A stretch of 64,000 nucleotides of DNA from Patescibacteria group bacterium (GTDB lineage: Bacteria > Patescibacteriota > Minisyncoccia > UBA6257 > JAAZHW01): contig JAOAGL010000001.1 of NCBI GenBank assembly GCA_026415775.1, positions 111,057 through 175,056 on the forward strand. The letters are read 5' to 3'. A program made the translations under genes and the position numbers. Below the pieces are notes generated by a model that was not told where the DNA came from, searched no databases, and saw nothing but the letters and a program-made list of their open reading frames with translations. The stretch's first letter is position 1; each line of letters begins with the position of its first letter. Positions 37,501 through 47,122 of this stretch are shown piece by piece.

Positions 37501-38176
37501 TGTTTATGAGTATAATGTTAGTTTGAAAGATTCTGATTTTGATGAGACAAAATGGCGATCTGTTGGGAAAAATTTAAACGCAATTATTCCCGTGAAATTC
37601 CCTAATCAATATAAAATTGGCGTGAGAGCAGTAGATAATTTTGGGATGCATTCGGATGTAAGAATTCTTGAATGGCAATTTCCGTCAGATTTTGTCATTA
37701 TTCAAGAACAGCGCGAGATGGAAGATAAAGAATTTAACCCCAATCCTTATGTTTTAGCTCAGATTTTTGTAGCTAATCAATCGGGTTATGTAAAAGGTTT
37801 AAAATTATTTGCTCAACAATTTTTTGGTCAATCAACAGGAGATATGCAGGTGTTTTTGTATAATACTGATAATTATGAAAATATTTCAGAGAATAATTTG
37901 ATTGCATCATCTGATAAGATTGTATTATATGGCGGTCAGCAAGGAGGCGAGATAATAGTTAGGTTTAATCAGTCACCATTTTTAGAAAAGGATCATAAAT
38001 ATTTATGGGCAGTTTATTTTAATAAAGTAACTTCTAATTTTAAAGGAACATGTACTGATAATTTATCAGAAGGTTTTGCTTCGGCAAGATTCGGAAGCAA
38101 TAACTGGGTTGTAGGTGATTGCTATGTGGCTCCATTAGATTATTATTTTGTCTTAATTGGTTCAACAAATGAATAA
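34598..38176 (+). CDS. large secreted multidomain surface protein (Zn-dependent phospholipase C/S1-P1-nuclease-like N-domain, P/S/T-rich linker, lamin-tail domain, FN3-like repeats)
   Basis: Signal peptide. W..H...GHVLHLLEDMGVPAHTRNDHH (Zn-PLC-like His/Asp ligands). TPSPIITPTPIVTPSP linker. ILISEILYDAGHGDEGKEFIELYNPNDFAVDLSGWSL is a lamin-tail (LTD) signature. Confidence 0.5.
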   Translation: MFKKRFWIILFLLIFPFKSFAYDNLTTHPALTSEIVKFYNNFYTPKINEEERNWLINGSTKEDEPISRTLNHFFDPVYNRGLNNEINAGALAPFLRILKPFIQTAKEWAQNSYKQAMFLGEAYKNAALNPYAQLTKSAVEILSVHTWEKAIYNYIIGNKKQAFEDLGHVLHLLEDMGVPAHTRNDHHLRGDDYEKYTSQFTKENINIISQLKDKKPLVFNKLNDYFNDLASYTNSHFYSQDTIGIQSGYNQPEWNYLETKSINNKIYSFSEDEFGFYYLLRKDINQGIIISTQPTLILDALIHESYWSHLSKKIVLSGAGVLRLFFEEVEKYRDDQEFLKKMRKTLFAIMIDNFKKNLGLINEDEQNFNQNENQTKVGLSIESDLSPTTQEISQPVILSSPVPQNQEQFQEIEILQNQITPSPIITPTPIVTPSPTFPLSITPTPFSNSVSQIISANSTIIASSETPSPSPSSSPFLTPTITPSPTPPSKILISEILYDAGHGDEGKEFIELYNPNDFAVDLSGWSLRIIKNNSTSSNSLATIKTTDKNNTIPARGFYLIGLNDYDATNYNGVVADIIRSYSLPDASDDNVYTIYLIKDNEIIDSITYDKNMAVPSKSLERKAKENSTSESMSIGEDKFLGNGYDSDSMDDFVIRDPQPQNSLNLSEPRSKPTSPKPIENKNNIVFYETQTNSLIFQWLPSYDAKNSSEGIIYSIFVKKEDNFLLLTSTSALEFIYPLNNEEEKTFDFKMIAYDRDQLASDPIYFSANIEGLIFVQDVDSEQSMASWYSDNWYRLGRGFSGILKSLTLKGYVNDNEPYESIITLKEFEDENYTIELASYLILSDGISFASTAKEVKINNLNIPLNPYSYYRLDVYQSRQNRSVILLGTTATGTAMYNDHVFGVGKKEFIYVFYPFIKMEGILGSKVDFSIPQPPTMPELKSVSFDNLAETIYLEWSSSTDLDSLDSEIVYEYNVSLKDSDFDETKWRSVGKNLNAIIPVKFPNQYKIGVRAVDNFGMHSDVRILEWQFPSDFVIIQEQREMEDKEFNPNPYVLAQIFVANQSGYVKGLKLFAQQFFGQSTGDMQVFLYNTDNYENISENNLIASSDKIVLYGGQQGGEIIVRFNQSPFLEKDHKYLWAVYFNKVTSNFKGTCTDNLSEGFASARFGSNNWVVGDCYVAPLDYYFVLIGSTNE

Positions 38177-38193
38177 TTTTAGATGAAAAAAAT

Positions 38194-38220
38194 AAAATCC
38201 CTGGCGTAAGCCGGGGATTT
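38194..38220 (+). terminator. Rho-independent terminator
   Basis: aaatccctggcgtaagccggggattt hairpin followed by ttattgttttttt. Confidence 0.45.
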
Positions 38221-38299
38221 TTATTGTTTTTTTGGTAAGAATATGCTAAAATGAATATCACTAATTTAATAATCAAAAGGTAATTAAATTAAAATCACT

Positions 38300-40120
38300 A
38301 TGAAAAACTTATTCAAAAACTTAGCTTTAGGCATTATTATTTTTTTGCTTTTAAGTTCGATTTTTTCCTATTTGTTTAGCGGTGGTATTACGGTTAAAGA
38401 AAAAAAAGTTTCTTTAAATGAGTTGGCTTCTAAAATCCAAAAAGAAGAAATAAAAGAAATAACGGTGCAGAGTAATGAGATAATAGCTAAAAGTATTAAT
38501 GATGAGATTTTTAAGACGAATAAAGAGGAGGGAGTAAGCATTGTTGAAACATTAAAAAATCTCGGCGTAAATAGTGAGCAATTAGCCAAGGTAAATATCA
38601 ATATTAAAACTTCTTCTGATTGGTTATTTTGGGGGGCATTGCTGCTTCAAACGATTTTGCCACTTGGTTTAATTTTGCTCTTTTTCCTTTGGATGAACAA
38701 ACAGGCTCAAAAAGGAGTTGGGCAAGCTTTTTCTTTTGGAAGAGTTAATTTGAAAATTTCTTCGCCAAAAGATAAAGTAACTTTTAAGGATGTTGCGGGC
38801 TTGGAAGAAGCAAAACAAGAATTAAAAGAAGTTGTTGAATTTTTAAAAAATCCTAAAAAATTTTTGGATTTAGGCGCTAAAATTCCGCGCGGGGTTTTAT
38901 TGATGGGTCCTCCAGGCTCTGGTAAAACTTTATTGGCGCGGGCAGTGGCTGGTGAAGCTAATGTTCCTTTTTTCCATATTTCTGGTGCTGAGTTTGTGGA
39001 GCTTTTTGTTGGTGTTGGTGCCAGTCGAGTGCGCGATGCTTTTGCTACTGCTAAAAAAGCCGCTCCTTCTATTTTGTTTATTGATGAGATTGATGCGGTT
39101 GGCCGTGAGCGGGGAGCTGGTTTGGGTGGCGGCCATGATGAACGAGAGCAAACTTTAAATCAAATTCTTGTTGAAATGGACGGCTTTGATAGAGATACAA
39201 ATGTAATTGTAATAGCCGCGACTAATAGACCCGATATTCTAGACCCAGCTCTTTTGAGACCTGGTCGATTTGATCGCCGAATTGTTTTAGATTTGCCTGA
39301 TTTAAAAGAAAGAGAAGAAATTCTAAAAATTCATTGTCGGGACAAAATTTTAGGTAAAGATGTATTTTTACGAAGGATTGCTGAAAGAACTCCCGGATTT
39401 TCTGGCGCTGATCTGGCTAATTTAGTAAATGAAGCAGCAATTTTAGCAGCGCGAAGAAATAAAAAAGAAATTACCCAAAGTGAACTTTTAGAATCAATTG
39501 AAAAAGTTGTTTTGGGGCCAGAAAGAAGGAGTAGAGTTATTTCAGAAAAAGAGAAACAAATTATTGCTTACCATGAAGCAGGTCATGCTTTGGTGACTTA
39601 TCATTTGCCCGACGCTGATCCAGTTCAAAAAATTTCAATTATTGCGCGTGGCCAAGCGGGTGGTTATACATTAAAAATGCCATTGGAAGATAGGAGATTA
39701 CAAACAAAAAAACAATTTTTGGCTGAATTAGGAGTATTGATGGGAGGATATGTTGCTGAGAAAATTTATTTAGGTGATATTTCAACGGGAGCAGCCAATG
39801 ATTTAAGAGAAGCTTCTGAATTAGCTAGAAAAATGATTGTTAAATTTGGGATGTCTGAGAAGTTAGGCCCGATTACTTTTGGGAAAACTGAGGAATTAAT
39901 CTTTTTGGGTCGGGAAATTACTGCCGAAAAGAATTATTCGGAAAAAACAGCTGTTGAAATTGATAATGAAGTTAAAAGATTGATTAATGAAGCGGTTAAA
40001 CAAGCAGAAAAAATAATAAAAACTCATAAAAAACAGATGGATGTTCTAGTGAAAACCTTATTAGAAAAAGAAATCATAGAGAAAGAAGAGTTTGAGGAAT
40101 TAATGAAAAACTCAAAATAA
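38300..40120 (+). CDS. ftsH: ATP-dependent zinc metalloprotease FtsH
   Basis: GPPGSGKT Walker A, SRH region, HEAGHAL zinc site. N-terminal two-TM region. Confidence 0.9.
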   Translation: MKNLFKNLALGIIIFLLLSSIFSYLFSGGITVKEKKVSLNELASKIQKEEIKEITVQSNEIIAKSINDEIFKTNKEEGVSIVETLKNLGVNSEQLAKVNINIKTSSDWLFWGALLLQTILPLGLILLFFLWMNKQAQKGVGQAFSFGRVNLKISSPKDKVTFKDVAGLEEAKQELKEVVEFLKNPKKFLDLGAKIPRGVLLMGPPGSGKTLLARAVAGEANVPFFHISGAEFVELFVGVGASRVRDAFATAKKAAPSILFIDEIDAVGRERGAGLGGGHDEREQTLNQILVEMDGFDRDTNVIVIAATNRPDILDPALLRPGRFDRRIVLDLPDLKEREEILKIHCRDKILGKDVFLRRIAERTPGFSGADLANLVNEAAILAARRNKKEITQSELLESIEKVVLGPERRSRVISEKEKQIIAYHEAGHALVTYHLPDADPVQKISIIARGQAGGYTLKMPLEDRRLQTKKQFLAELGVLMGGYVAEKIYLGDISTGAANDLREASELARKMIVKFGMSEKLGPITFGKTEELIFLGREITAEKNYSEKTAVEIDNEVKRLINEAVKQAEKIIKTHKKQMDVLVKTLLEKEIIEKEEFEELMKNSK

Positions 40121-40183
40121 CACAGTTTGAAAAAAATTAAAAAATAAATAAACTAAAAAGAGATATTAATTCTTTTTAGTTTG

Positions 40184-40256
40184 GGGCGCATAGCTCAGCG
40201 GTTAGAGCACAGACCTTATAAGTCTGGGGTCGATGGTTCGAATCCATCTGCGCCCA
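40184..40256 (+). tRNA. tRNA-Ile with UAU anticodon (AUA decoder)
   Basis: GGGCGCATAGCTCAGCGGTTAGAGCACAGACCTTATAAGTCTGGGGTCGATGGTTCGAATCCATCTGCGCCCA. Anticodon loop CTTATAA, so positions 34-36 read TAT. Confidence 0.7.
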
Positions 40257-40382
40257 CACTTTTTTTATTTTTTTATTGTTTTATAATCAATAAAAGAACC
40301 GCCTAAAACTTTGGCGGAAGACTCTTGCAAATTTTTAGTTTTTCTGGTATAATTAAAGTGTTGTCGATAAACAATAAAAAAT

Positions 40383-41684
40383 ATGGCTAATAAATTTGAA
40401 AAAATGGAACAATCCATTTCCCAAGAAATGGCAGAGGCGCAGAAAAAATTAATAGAAAAATCATTTAGCAAACGACCAGTTGAAATTAATCTACTTCAAG
40501 TTTTAACCAATGACAGCAAACCGATATTTGAAAAGTTAACGGATAAGGCAAAGGATATTGCAAGAAAAACTTATGAAAAAATTTATAATACAGAGGGCGT
40601 CAATCGTTTAGCTGGAAAATTAGAAACCGCTTTAAGCCAAAAAAGAGTTAATGTTTATGAAGAAAAATTGTTAACCTTTAAAAACGCTATTGACCAGATT
40701 GATTATCGCATCAATTTATTTAATCAAGCTGAAAAGGAATTAACAGATTACAAAGAAAATTTTTTGAAAAGCAATATACCAGGATTAGAAGGAATTGATA
40801 ATCAATTAAAGAAAATCAGAGAAGAAAGGGAAAAGCTTTTGAATAAAAAAGATAAAATTGCTTCAAAATTTGAAATTGAAAAAAACAAAAGAGATGTTTA
40901 TGTTGAAAAAAGAAATATTATTGCTCAAAGACTAATAGATTATTATAACCAGAAAATTAAACCGTTTGAGCAGAAAATGGAAATTTTGAATCAACGCAAG
41001 AATGATTTAGAAAACAAATGGAAGGAAACAACCAAGCAGTACGAAGAGCGAATAATGGTTTTGGAGAAGCAAAAAAATGATTTATATCAAATTTTGACAA
41101 AAATTGGTTTGTCAGAAAGAAAAATTAATAATGATTCTACAATAAAAACTTTGGAAAAATTAATTAACGATACAAAGAAGCAATTAAATTCTCAAAGAAT
41201 TGCCATAGAAAAGCAAATCTTAGAAGCAGAAAAAAGAATAGAAAAAATAAATAATAGAATGCGACCGCAAGTAGAAAAGAGAAATGAATTTTTAAGAATA
41301 ATTGAGCGAGCGCCCTTAGATGTTTCAATTAATAAAGAAGAAGATAATAAAGAAGAAGAAAAAGAAGAAAAAAAGGAAGAAGTCGTTAAAATGGAAGAGA
41401 CAGAAGAAAAAGAAAAAGCAATAGAAATGAGAATAGAAGAATTTCTTAAATACTGGGATAATTATTTAAAAGCGAGTTCTCGTAAGGATTTCGAAAATTA
41501 TCAATTTTCCGAAAAACAATTTATTGAAAAATTTAATATTTCGCCTAAAAAACCAATGGATATTAAGAATTTTGTTGTATTGTTAAAAAATTTTTATGAT
41601 GATTATCCCAAAAATCAACAAGACAGGGTTAGAATGCTCATTGACGATTTTATTATTCAATTACCCAAAGAAAAAGGCGAGTAA
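40383..41684 (+). CDS. hypothetical coiled-coil protein
   Basis: 433 aa, K/E-rich heptad-like repeats throughout. Confidence 0.4.
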   Translation: MANKFEKMEQSISQEMAEAQKKLIEKSFSKRPVEINLLQVLTNDSKPIFEKLTDKAKDIARKTYEKIYNTEGVNRLAGKLETALSQKRVNVYEEKLLTFKNAIDQIDYRINLFNQAEKELTDYKENFLKSNIPGLEGIDNQLKKIREEREKLLNKKDKIASKFEIEKNKRDVYVEKRNIIAQRLIDYYNQKIKPFEQKMEILNQRKNDLENKWKETTKQYEERIMVLEKQKNDLYQILTKIGLSERKINNDSTIKTLEKLINDTKKQLNSQRIAIEKQILEAEKRIEKINNRMRPQVEKRNEFLRIIERAPLDVSINKEEDNKEEEKEEKKEEVVKMEETEEKEKAIEMRIEEFLKYWDNYLKASSRKDFENYQFSEKQFIEKFNISPKKPMDIKNFVVLLKNFYDDYPKNQQDRVRMLIDDFIIQLPKEKGE

Positions 41685-41698
41685 TAAATTTTAAAAAT

Positions 41699-41968
41699 AT
41701 GACCAATTATAACGACGAGCAAGTTCAAAATAAAAAAAAGGAGATTGAAGAAATTGCTCAAAAAACCAAAGAAGAAATTAAAAAAATCAGCGAAAATTAT
41801 AAAGAAATTCAAAAAGGTTTTGAAAAACTAATTAAGGATCTTGATGAAATGTTAAAAGATTCTGAGAGGGAGGAAAGAGAAATTGGTAAAGCCGAAAGCG
41901 ATTTTGAGGAAGAACTTGATAAGTTAATTTTACAAAACGCTCAAGACGAAGCCGAAGAGGCGGAATAA
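41699..41968 (+). CDS. hypothetical small acidic coiled-coil protein
   Basis: 89 aa, E/K-rich. Confidence 0.35.
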   Translation: MTNYNDEQVQNKKKEIEEIAQKTKEEIKKISENYKEIQKGFEKLIKDLDEMLKDSEREEREIGKAESDFEEELDKLILQNAQDEAEEAE

Positions 41969-42097
41969 AATTTTTCGAAAACTTTTAACTGAGAATCGCT
42001 AAAAATTGTCGAGTTAAATAAACTTGATAAAATTTAAATTTTTAGTATAATTAAATAAATCAAGGGATTGTGCGGTCCTTTTTTATTTATTAAAGAT

Positions 42098-43090
42098 ATG
42101 ATTACTTTAATTCGTCATTTGCCATTATTAAAGCCAAAGAGGTTGAGAAGAGGAGATAAGGTTATTGTTGTCTCTCCTTCTCAGCCCATAACCAATGAGA
42201 AACATTTTAAAAGAGGGCTTAAAACCTTAGAAAGCCTTGGTTTTGTGGTTGAAACTTCGAAAAACGTAGATATGGTTTATGGTATGTATAAAGCAGGTAC
42301 GCCAGAAGAAAGAGCGCAGGATTTAAATGAAGCGTTTGCCAGAAAGGATATAAAGGCAATTTTTATGAGTGTTGGTGGTTATCTTGCTAATCAAGTTTTG
42401 CCGTTGCTGGATTATAATTTGATTCGTAAAAACCCTAAAATTTTAATTGGTTTTTCTGATGGAACAACTTTATTAAATGCGATTTATCGCCGAAGTAGAA
42501 TTGTAACCTTTCATGGTTTTAATATCGAACACTTTTTTATGAAGGCAAATAGTTACACAATTAATTCTTTTAAAAATATTTGTTTTGAAGGAGGAACTAC
42601 TTTTTTAAGAAGAAGCAAATGGCAAGTATTAAAGCCTGGTCGAGCGCGTGGTAAGTTAGTTGGTGGTAATTTAATTAGTTTTGCAAATTTATTGGGTACT
42701 CGTTATTTCCCCGATGTTTCCAATAGTATTTTATTTTTTGAAGAACATGGTGATTATTCTGAAGACGTTGAATGCGCATTAACTCGTTTAATTAACGCAG
42801 GATTATTCGTAGAAGGTGGCGTTAGAGGAATTATTTTTGGGAAAATGATAAATGTAACTGTGGGTTCAGCCGATAAAGAATTGGAGAAAAAATTCGGCCG
42901 TCCAAAATATTTTACGCTCAATACTATTTTTAAGGAGATTTTGAAACCATATAAAATTCCGGTGGTAACTAATGTTGATTTCGGTGATATTTATTATCCG
43001 ATGACTATCCCCATTGGCGTAGAGGCGGAATTAGACGCAACAAAAAGAGGGGAAGTAATAATTCGTTTATTAGAGCCAGCAGTTCGATAG
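42098..43090 (+). CDS. LD-carboxypeptidase (peptidase S66, LdcA-like)
   Basis: GDKVIVVSPS N-terminus and the catalytic Ser motif GFSDGT. ATG at 42098 (the tool's 42068 is TTG). Confidence 0.65.
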   Translation: MITLIRHLPLLKPKRLRRGDKVIVVSPSQPITNEKHFKRGLKTLESLGFVVETSKNVDMVYGMYKAGTPEERAQDLNEAFARKDIKAIFMSVGGYLANQVLPLLDYNLIRKNPKILIGFSDGTTLLNAIYRRSRIVTFHGFNIEHFFMKANSYTINSFKNICFEGGTTFLRRSKWQVLKPGRARGKLVGGNLISFANLLGTRYFPDVSNSILFFEEHGDYSEDVECALTRLINAGLFVEGGVRGIIFGKMINVTVGSADKELEKKFGRPKYFTLNTIFKEILKPYKIPVVTNVDFGDIYYPMTIPIGVEAELDATKRGEVIIRLLEPAVR

Positions 43091-43139
43091 TAAAAACTTG
43101 GCTAAATTTTAAATTTGAATTAAAGTATTTAAAGAAGGA

Positions 43140-43212
43140 GCGCCTGTAGCTTAACGGATAAAGCGTCGGCCTCCGGAGCCGAAGACTGCGCGTTCGATTC
43201 GCGCCAGGCGCA
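43140..43212 (+). tRNA. tRNA-Arg (anticodon CCG)
   Basis: GCGCCTGTAGCTTAACGGATAAAGCGTCGGCCTCCGGAGCCGAAGACTGCGCGTTCGATTCGCGCCAGGCGCA. Anticodon loop CTCCGGA. Confidence 0.75.
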
Positions 43213-43217
43213 CTTAT

Positions 43218-44795
43218 ATGCTTTCTCCAGAGTTATATTATCTTAAAATAGGCAAAGCAGATGAATTATCTAATAGAACAGAAAAAACAATATTTCGCTT
43301 TTTTGAAATTTTTCCGGGTTTGTTGTCATGGATAACTTTAATTTTAGTTTTTATTGTGGCGTGGCGATTACCGGTTGTGGCCGCTATTTTTATTATTGTT
43401 TTTGATGTTTTTTGGTTAATAAAAACAATTTATTTTAGTATTCACGCTTTTTATAGTTTTAAAATTCTCAGAAAAAATTTAGCAAAAAATTGGTTGGTTG
43501 AATTGAAAAATTTACCAAAGGAAAATTATCAACTAAACATCAGTGATTGGCGAGAAATATATCATTTAGTAATTTTACCGATGGTAAGTGAATCTTATGA
43601 AATTATATCTTCCACTTTAAATGCATTATCTAATGTTAATTATCCAACTGATCGTTTAATTGTAGTTTTAGCGACAGAAGAAAGAGTTCAAGAACAAATT
43701 CAAGAGACTATCACAAAGGTTAAAGAACAATTTGGGAATGTTTTTAAATATTTTTTAATAACGGTTCATCCTAAAGATATTGAAGGAGAAATTGCTGGTA
43801 AGGGCGCAAATGCAACATGGGCAGCGCGAGAAGCGAAAAAAAATATAATTGATCCTCTACATATTCCTTATGAAAATATTTTAGTTTCTAATTTTGATAT
43901 TGATACCGTTATACCAGCAGATTATTTTGGTTGTCTTACATACCATTTTTTAACAGCTAACAAGCCTTTAAATTCTAGTTATCAACCTGTGCCACTTTTT
44001 ACTAATAATATCTGGGAGGCGCCGGCATTAGCGAGAGTCATTTCTTTTTCGGCAACTTTTTTTCAATTAATTCAACAAGCTCGACCAGAACGAATGACAA
44101 CTTTTTCCTCCCATTCAATGCCATTTAAGGCTTTGGTTGATATTGATTTTTGGCAAACTAATGTTGTTTCGGAGGATTCACGAATTTTTTGGCAATGTTT
44201 TTTGTATTATGATGGCAATTGGGAAATTGTGCCGTTATTTTATCCTGTTTCAATGGATGCAAATGTGGACGCTAAATTTATTAAAACAATGATTAATCAA
44301 TATAAACAACAAAGACGTTGGGCTTATGGCGTTTTTGATATTGCTTATGCCTTTTTTGGTTTTTTAAAGAACAAAAAAATTCCTTTAAAAAAGAAATTAA
44401 CCTATGGGTTTTTCCTTTTTGATGGATTTTATTCGTGGGCGACAACCAGTTTAATAATTTTCTTTTTGGGGTGGCTGCCTTTGGTTTTGGGAGGACCAAA
44501 ATTTAATTTTACCATCCTCTCATTTTATTTACCGAAGATGACATCATATATTCTAACGGTTGCGAATATAGGTATTATTACTTGTGCGATTTTAAATTTT
44601 TGGTTCTTGCCGCCACGCCCACCATATTATGGCAAGTGGCGTTATGTTTATTTTGTTTTACAATGGTTTTTAACTCCAATAAATTTAATTTTCTTTGGGA
44701 GCATACCAGCGTTAGACGCTCAAACAAGATTAATGATTAAGAAATATATGGGTTTTTGGGTGACACCAAAACATCGTAAGCTCAAAATCAATTAA
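43218..44795 (+). CDS. family-2 processive glycosyltransferase, polytopic (cellulose/chitin-synthase-like)
   Basis: QQRRW motif (QxxRW), cytoplasmic GT-A region between the N- and C-terminal TM bundles. Confidence 0.6.
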   Translation: MLSPELYYLKIGKADELSNRTEKTIFRFFEIFPGLLSWITLILVFIVAWRLPVVAAIFIIVFDVFWLIKTIYFSIHAFYSFKILRKNLAKNWLVELKNLPKENYQLNISDWREIYHLVILPMVSESYEIISSTLNALSNVNYPTDRLIVVLATEERVQEQIQETITKVKEQFGNVFKYFLITVHPKDIEGEIAGKGANATWAAREAKKNIIDPLHIPYENILVSNFDIDTVIPADYFGCLTYHFLTANKPLNSSYQPVPLFTNNIWEAPALARVISFSATFFQLIQQARPERMTTFSSHSMPFKALVDIDFWQTNVVSEDSRIFWQCFLYYDGNWEIVPLFYPVSMDANVDAKFIKTMINQYKQQRRWAYGVFDIAYAFFGFLKNKKIPLKKKLTYGFFLFDGFYSWATTSLIIFFLGWLPLVLGGPKFNFTILSFYLPKMTSYILTVANIGIITCAILNFWFLPPRPPYYGKWRYVYFVLQWFLTPINLIFFGSIPALDAQTRLMIKKYMGFWVTPKHRKLKIN

Positions 44796-44836
44796 TTTTT
44801 AATTTCTAAAAATAAAGTTATAATAAAAATGTTTTT

Positions 44837-46276
44837 ATGAATAAAAACGATTTTATTAAAATTAAAGATTATTTGTGGGAGATTCCAAAAACATTCAGAG
44901 ATGATATGCGTGTTTCTGCAAGAGTTTATGCGAGTGAAAAATTAATTGATGAATCAATGCGCGATCGTTCTATTCATCAATTAATCAATGTGGCAACCTT
45001 GCCGGGAATTATTAATTATAGTTTAGCAATGCCTGATATTCACGAAGGTTACGGTTTTCCTATTGGGGGTGTTGCGGCTATTGATGCAAAAGAAGGCGTA
45101 ATTTCACCCGGTGGAGTCGGTTATGATATTAATTGTGGGATGCGTATTTTATTGTCTGATTATTCAAAAATTGATTTAGAACCATATTTAGATAGATTAG
45201 CAACAGCCATTGCTAAGGCAGTACCGTCAGGTCTTGGGAGAGGACATAAAGAAGGATTAAGCATTATAGATTTGGATAAAATTTTAAATGGCGGCGCAAA
45301 AAAATTAGTGGCAGATGGATATGGAGAGAAGGAGGATATTGAACTTTGTGAATCAAATGGATGTTTGGATTTTGCCGATGCAAAACTAGTTTCGTATAAA
45401 GCTAAAGATCGAGGTAGAGATCAGCTAGGAACTTTAGGGAGCGGGAATCATTTTTTAGAAATTCTTAAGGTAGCAGAAATTTTTGATGAGAGGCTTGCTC
45501 AAGTAATGGGATTTTTTCATGATCAAGTAGTTGTTATGATTCATACTGGTTCAAGAGGGCTGGGGCATCAGGTGGCAACCGATTATATTCAACAAATGAT
45601 GAAGTCAATGAAAAAATATAATATAAATGTTCCTGATAGAGAATTGGTTTGCGCGCCATTCCAAAGTGAGGAAGGACAAAGTTATTTTAGAGCAATGAGT
45701 GCGGCTGCCAATTTTGCTTGGGCTAATCGCCAAATGATTACTTTTTATATTCGGGAGGCTTGGGAGAAAATTTTGGGTAGAGATAAAAAATTAAAAATGT
45801 TGTATGATGTGGCGCATAACATTGCTAAATTAGAGGAGTATGAAATAGAAGGAGAAAAAAAGAAACTTCTAATTCATCGCAAAGGTTCAACGCGTGCTTT
45901 TCCGCCATTTCATCCAGAAATTCCCAAAAAATATCAAGCCATTGGTCAACCGGTATTGATTCCGGGCAGTATGGGGACAGCTTCATATATTTTGGTTGGG
46001 ACAGAAAAAGGATTAGAAAGTTGGTATTCCACTTGTCATGGTGCTGGTCGAAGGATGTCGCGTATGGCAGCAGTTAAAAATCTTTCTCCGAAAGAAATTA
46101 TTAAATATTTAGAAAATAAAGGGATTTTAGTTAAATGTGAAAGTTTGAAGGGTTTAGCCGAAGAAGCCCCAGAGGCATATAAAGACATAAATGAAGTGGT
46201 TAATATTGTTCACCAGAGCGATTTATCATTAAAAGTGGCTAAACTAGTGCCTTTGTCGGTAATAAAAGGAGAGTGA
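44837..46276 (+). CDS. rtcB: RNA ligase RtcB
   Basis: PDIHEGYGFPIGG, GYDINCG, GSGNHF and CHGAGR motifs. Confidence 0.9.
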   Translation: MNKNDFIKIKDYLWEIPKTFRDDMRVSARVYASEKLIDESMRDRSIHQLINVATLPGIINYSLAMPDIHEGYGFPIGGVAAIDAKEGVISPGGVGYDINCGMRILLSDYSKIDLEPYLDRLATAIAKAVPSGLGRGHKEGLSIIDLDKILNGGAKKLVADGYGEKEDIELCESNGCLDFADAKLVSYKAKDRGRDQLGTLGSGNHFLEILKVAEIFDERLAQVMGFFHDQVVVMIHTGSRGLGHQVATDYIQQMMKSMKKYNINVPDRELVCAPFQSEEGQSYFRAMSAAANFAWANRQMITFYIREAWEKILGRDKKLKMLYDVAHNIAKLEEYEIEGEKKKLLIHRKGSTRAFPPFHPEIPKKYQAIGQPVLIPGSMGTASYILVGTEKGLESWYSTCHGAGRRMSRMAAVKNLSPKEIIKYLENKGILVKCESLKGLAEEAPEAYKDINEVVNIVHQSDLSLKVAKLVPLSVIKGE

Positions 46277-46731
46277 TTATGAAAATTTTAGCCAAAAATA
46301 GCAAAGCGGAATTTAATTATGAAATTTTAGAAAGAATTGAAGCAGGAATCCAATTGCTTGGATGTGAGGTTAAATCTGTAAAAAATGGCAATGTTAATTT
46401 AACTGGTTCATTTGCCCAAATTTATGGTAATGAAATTTATTTAATCAATGCTAAAATTCCAGCTTGGCAGCCCCAAAATGCCCCTTTTAACTATCAAGAT
46501 GATCGGAGCCGCAAGTTATTGCTTCATAGAGAAGAAATTAAGCGATTAATTGGCAAAATGAAAACCGAGCGTTTATTGCTTATTCCCCTGGCGGTTTACT
46601 TGAAAAAAAATAAAATTAAAGTAGAATTAGGACTTGGTAGAAGCAGACATAAAATTGATAAAAGAGATATAATAAAACAACGCGAAGTAGAAAGAGAGAT
46701 AGCCCGCAACTTTAAAAATTATCAATTTTAG
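46273..46731 (+). CDS. smpB: SsrA-binding protein
   Basis: 152 aa, C-terminal basic tail. Immediately upstream of tmRNA. Confidence 0.85.
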   Translation: MIMKILAKNSKAEFNYEILERIEAGIQLLGCEVKSVKNGNVNLTGSFAQIYGNEIYLINAKIPAWQPQNAPFNYQDDRSRKLLLHREEIKRLIGKMKTERLLLIPLAVYLKKNKIKVELGLGRSRHKIDKRDIIKQREVEREIARNFKNYQF

Positions 46732-46738
46732 TCAAAAG

Positions 46739-47085
46739 GGGGATGATCGGCCTCGAGACGGAAAAGCATTTTCGAGTCAGGCCGAGGAGCCGTTACCTCG
46801 TAAATCAACGGGAAACAAAAAACTGCCAATTTTAGCAGAAATTTGGCTTTTGCTTTAGCATAAGCCCATCCAATTAGCTGATGCTCGATAGGCTAAAAGG
46901 GTGTCAAATTATCGAGCTTGGCTCTTTCTAGGCGTCTTTGGCTAGAAGAGCAACCTAACTCCAAAGACAGGGACTAATAATTTTGCCGATTTTAGATATT
47001 AGTCCTTAAGAAAAATCGGCTGATTGTCTGGAAAGCTCGAAAATCAACTTTTTCGTCCACGCGGGTTCGATTCCCGCCATCTCCA
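46739..47085 (+). ncRNA. ssrA: tmRNA (SsrA)
   Basis: 5' GGGGATG pairs with 3' CATCTCC. T-arm GCGGGTTCGATTCCCGC. Internal tag reading frame GCC AAT TTT AGC AGA AAT TTG GCT TTT GCT TTA GCA TAA gives ANFSRNLAFALA. Confidence 0.85.
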
Positions 47086-47122
47086 CTAAATTATCCGGTC
47101 GGTCGATTTTTAAAATTCTAAG

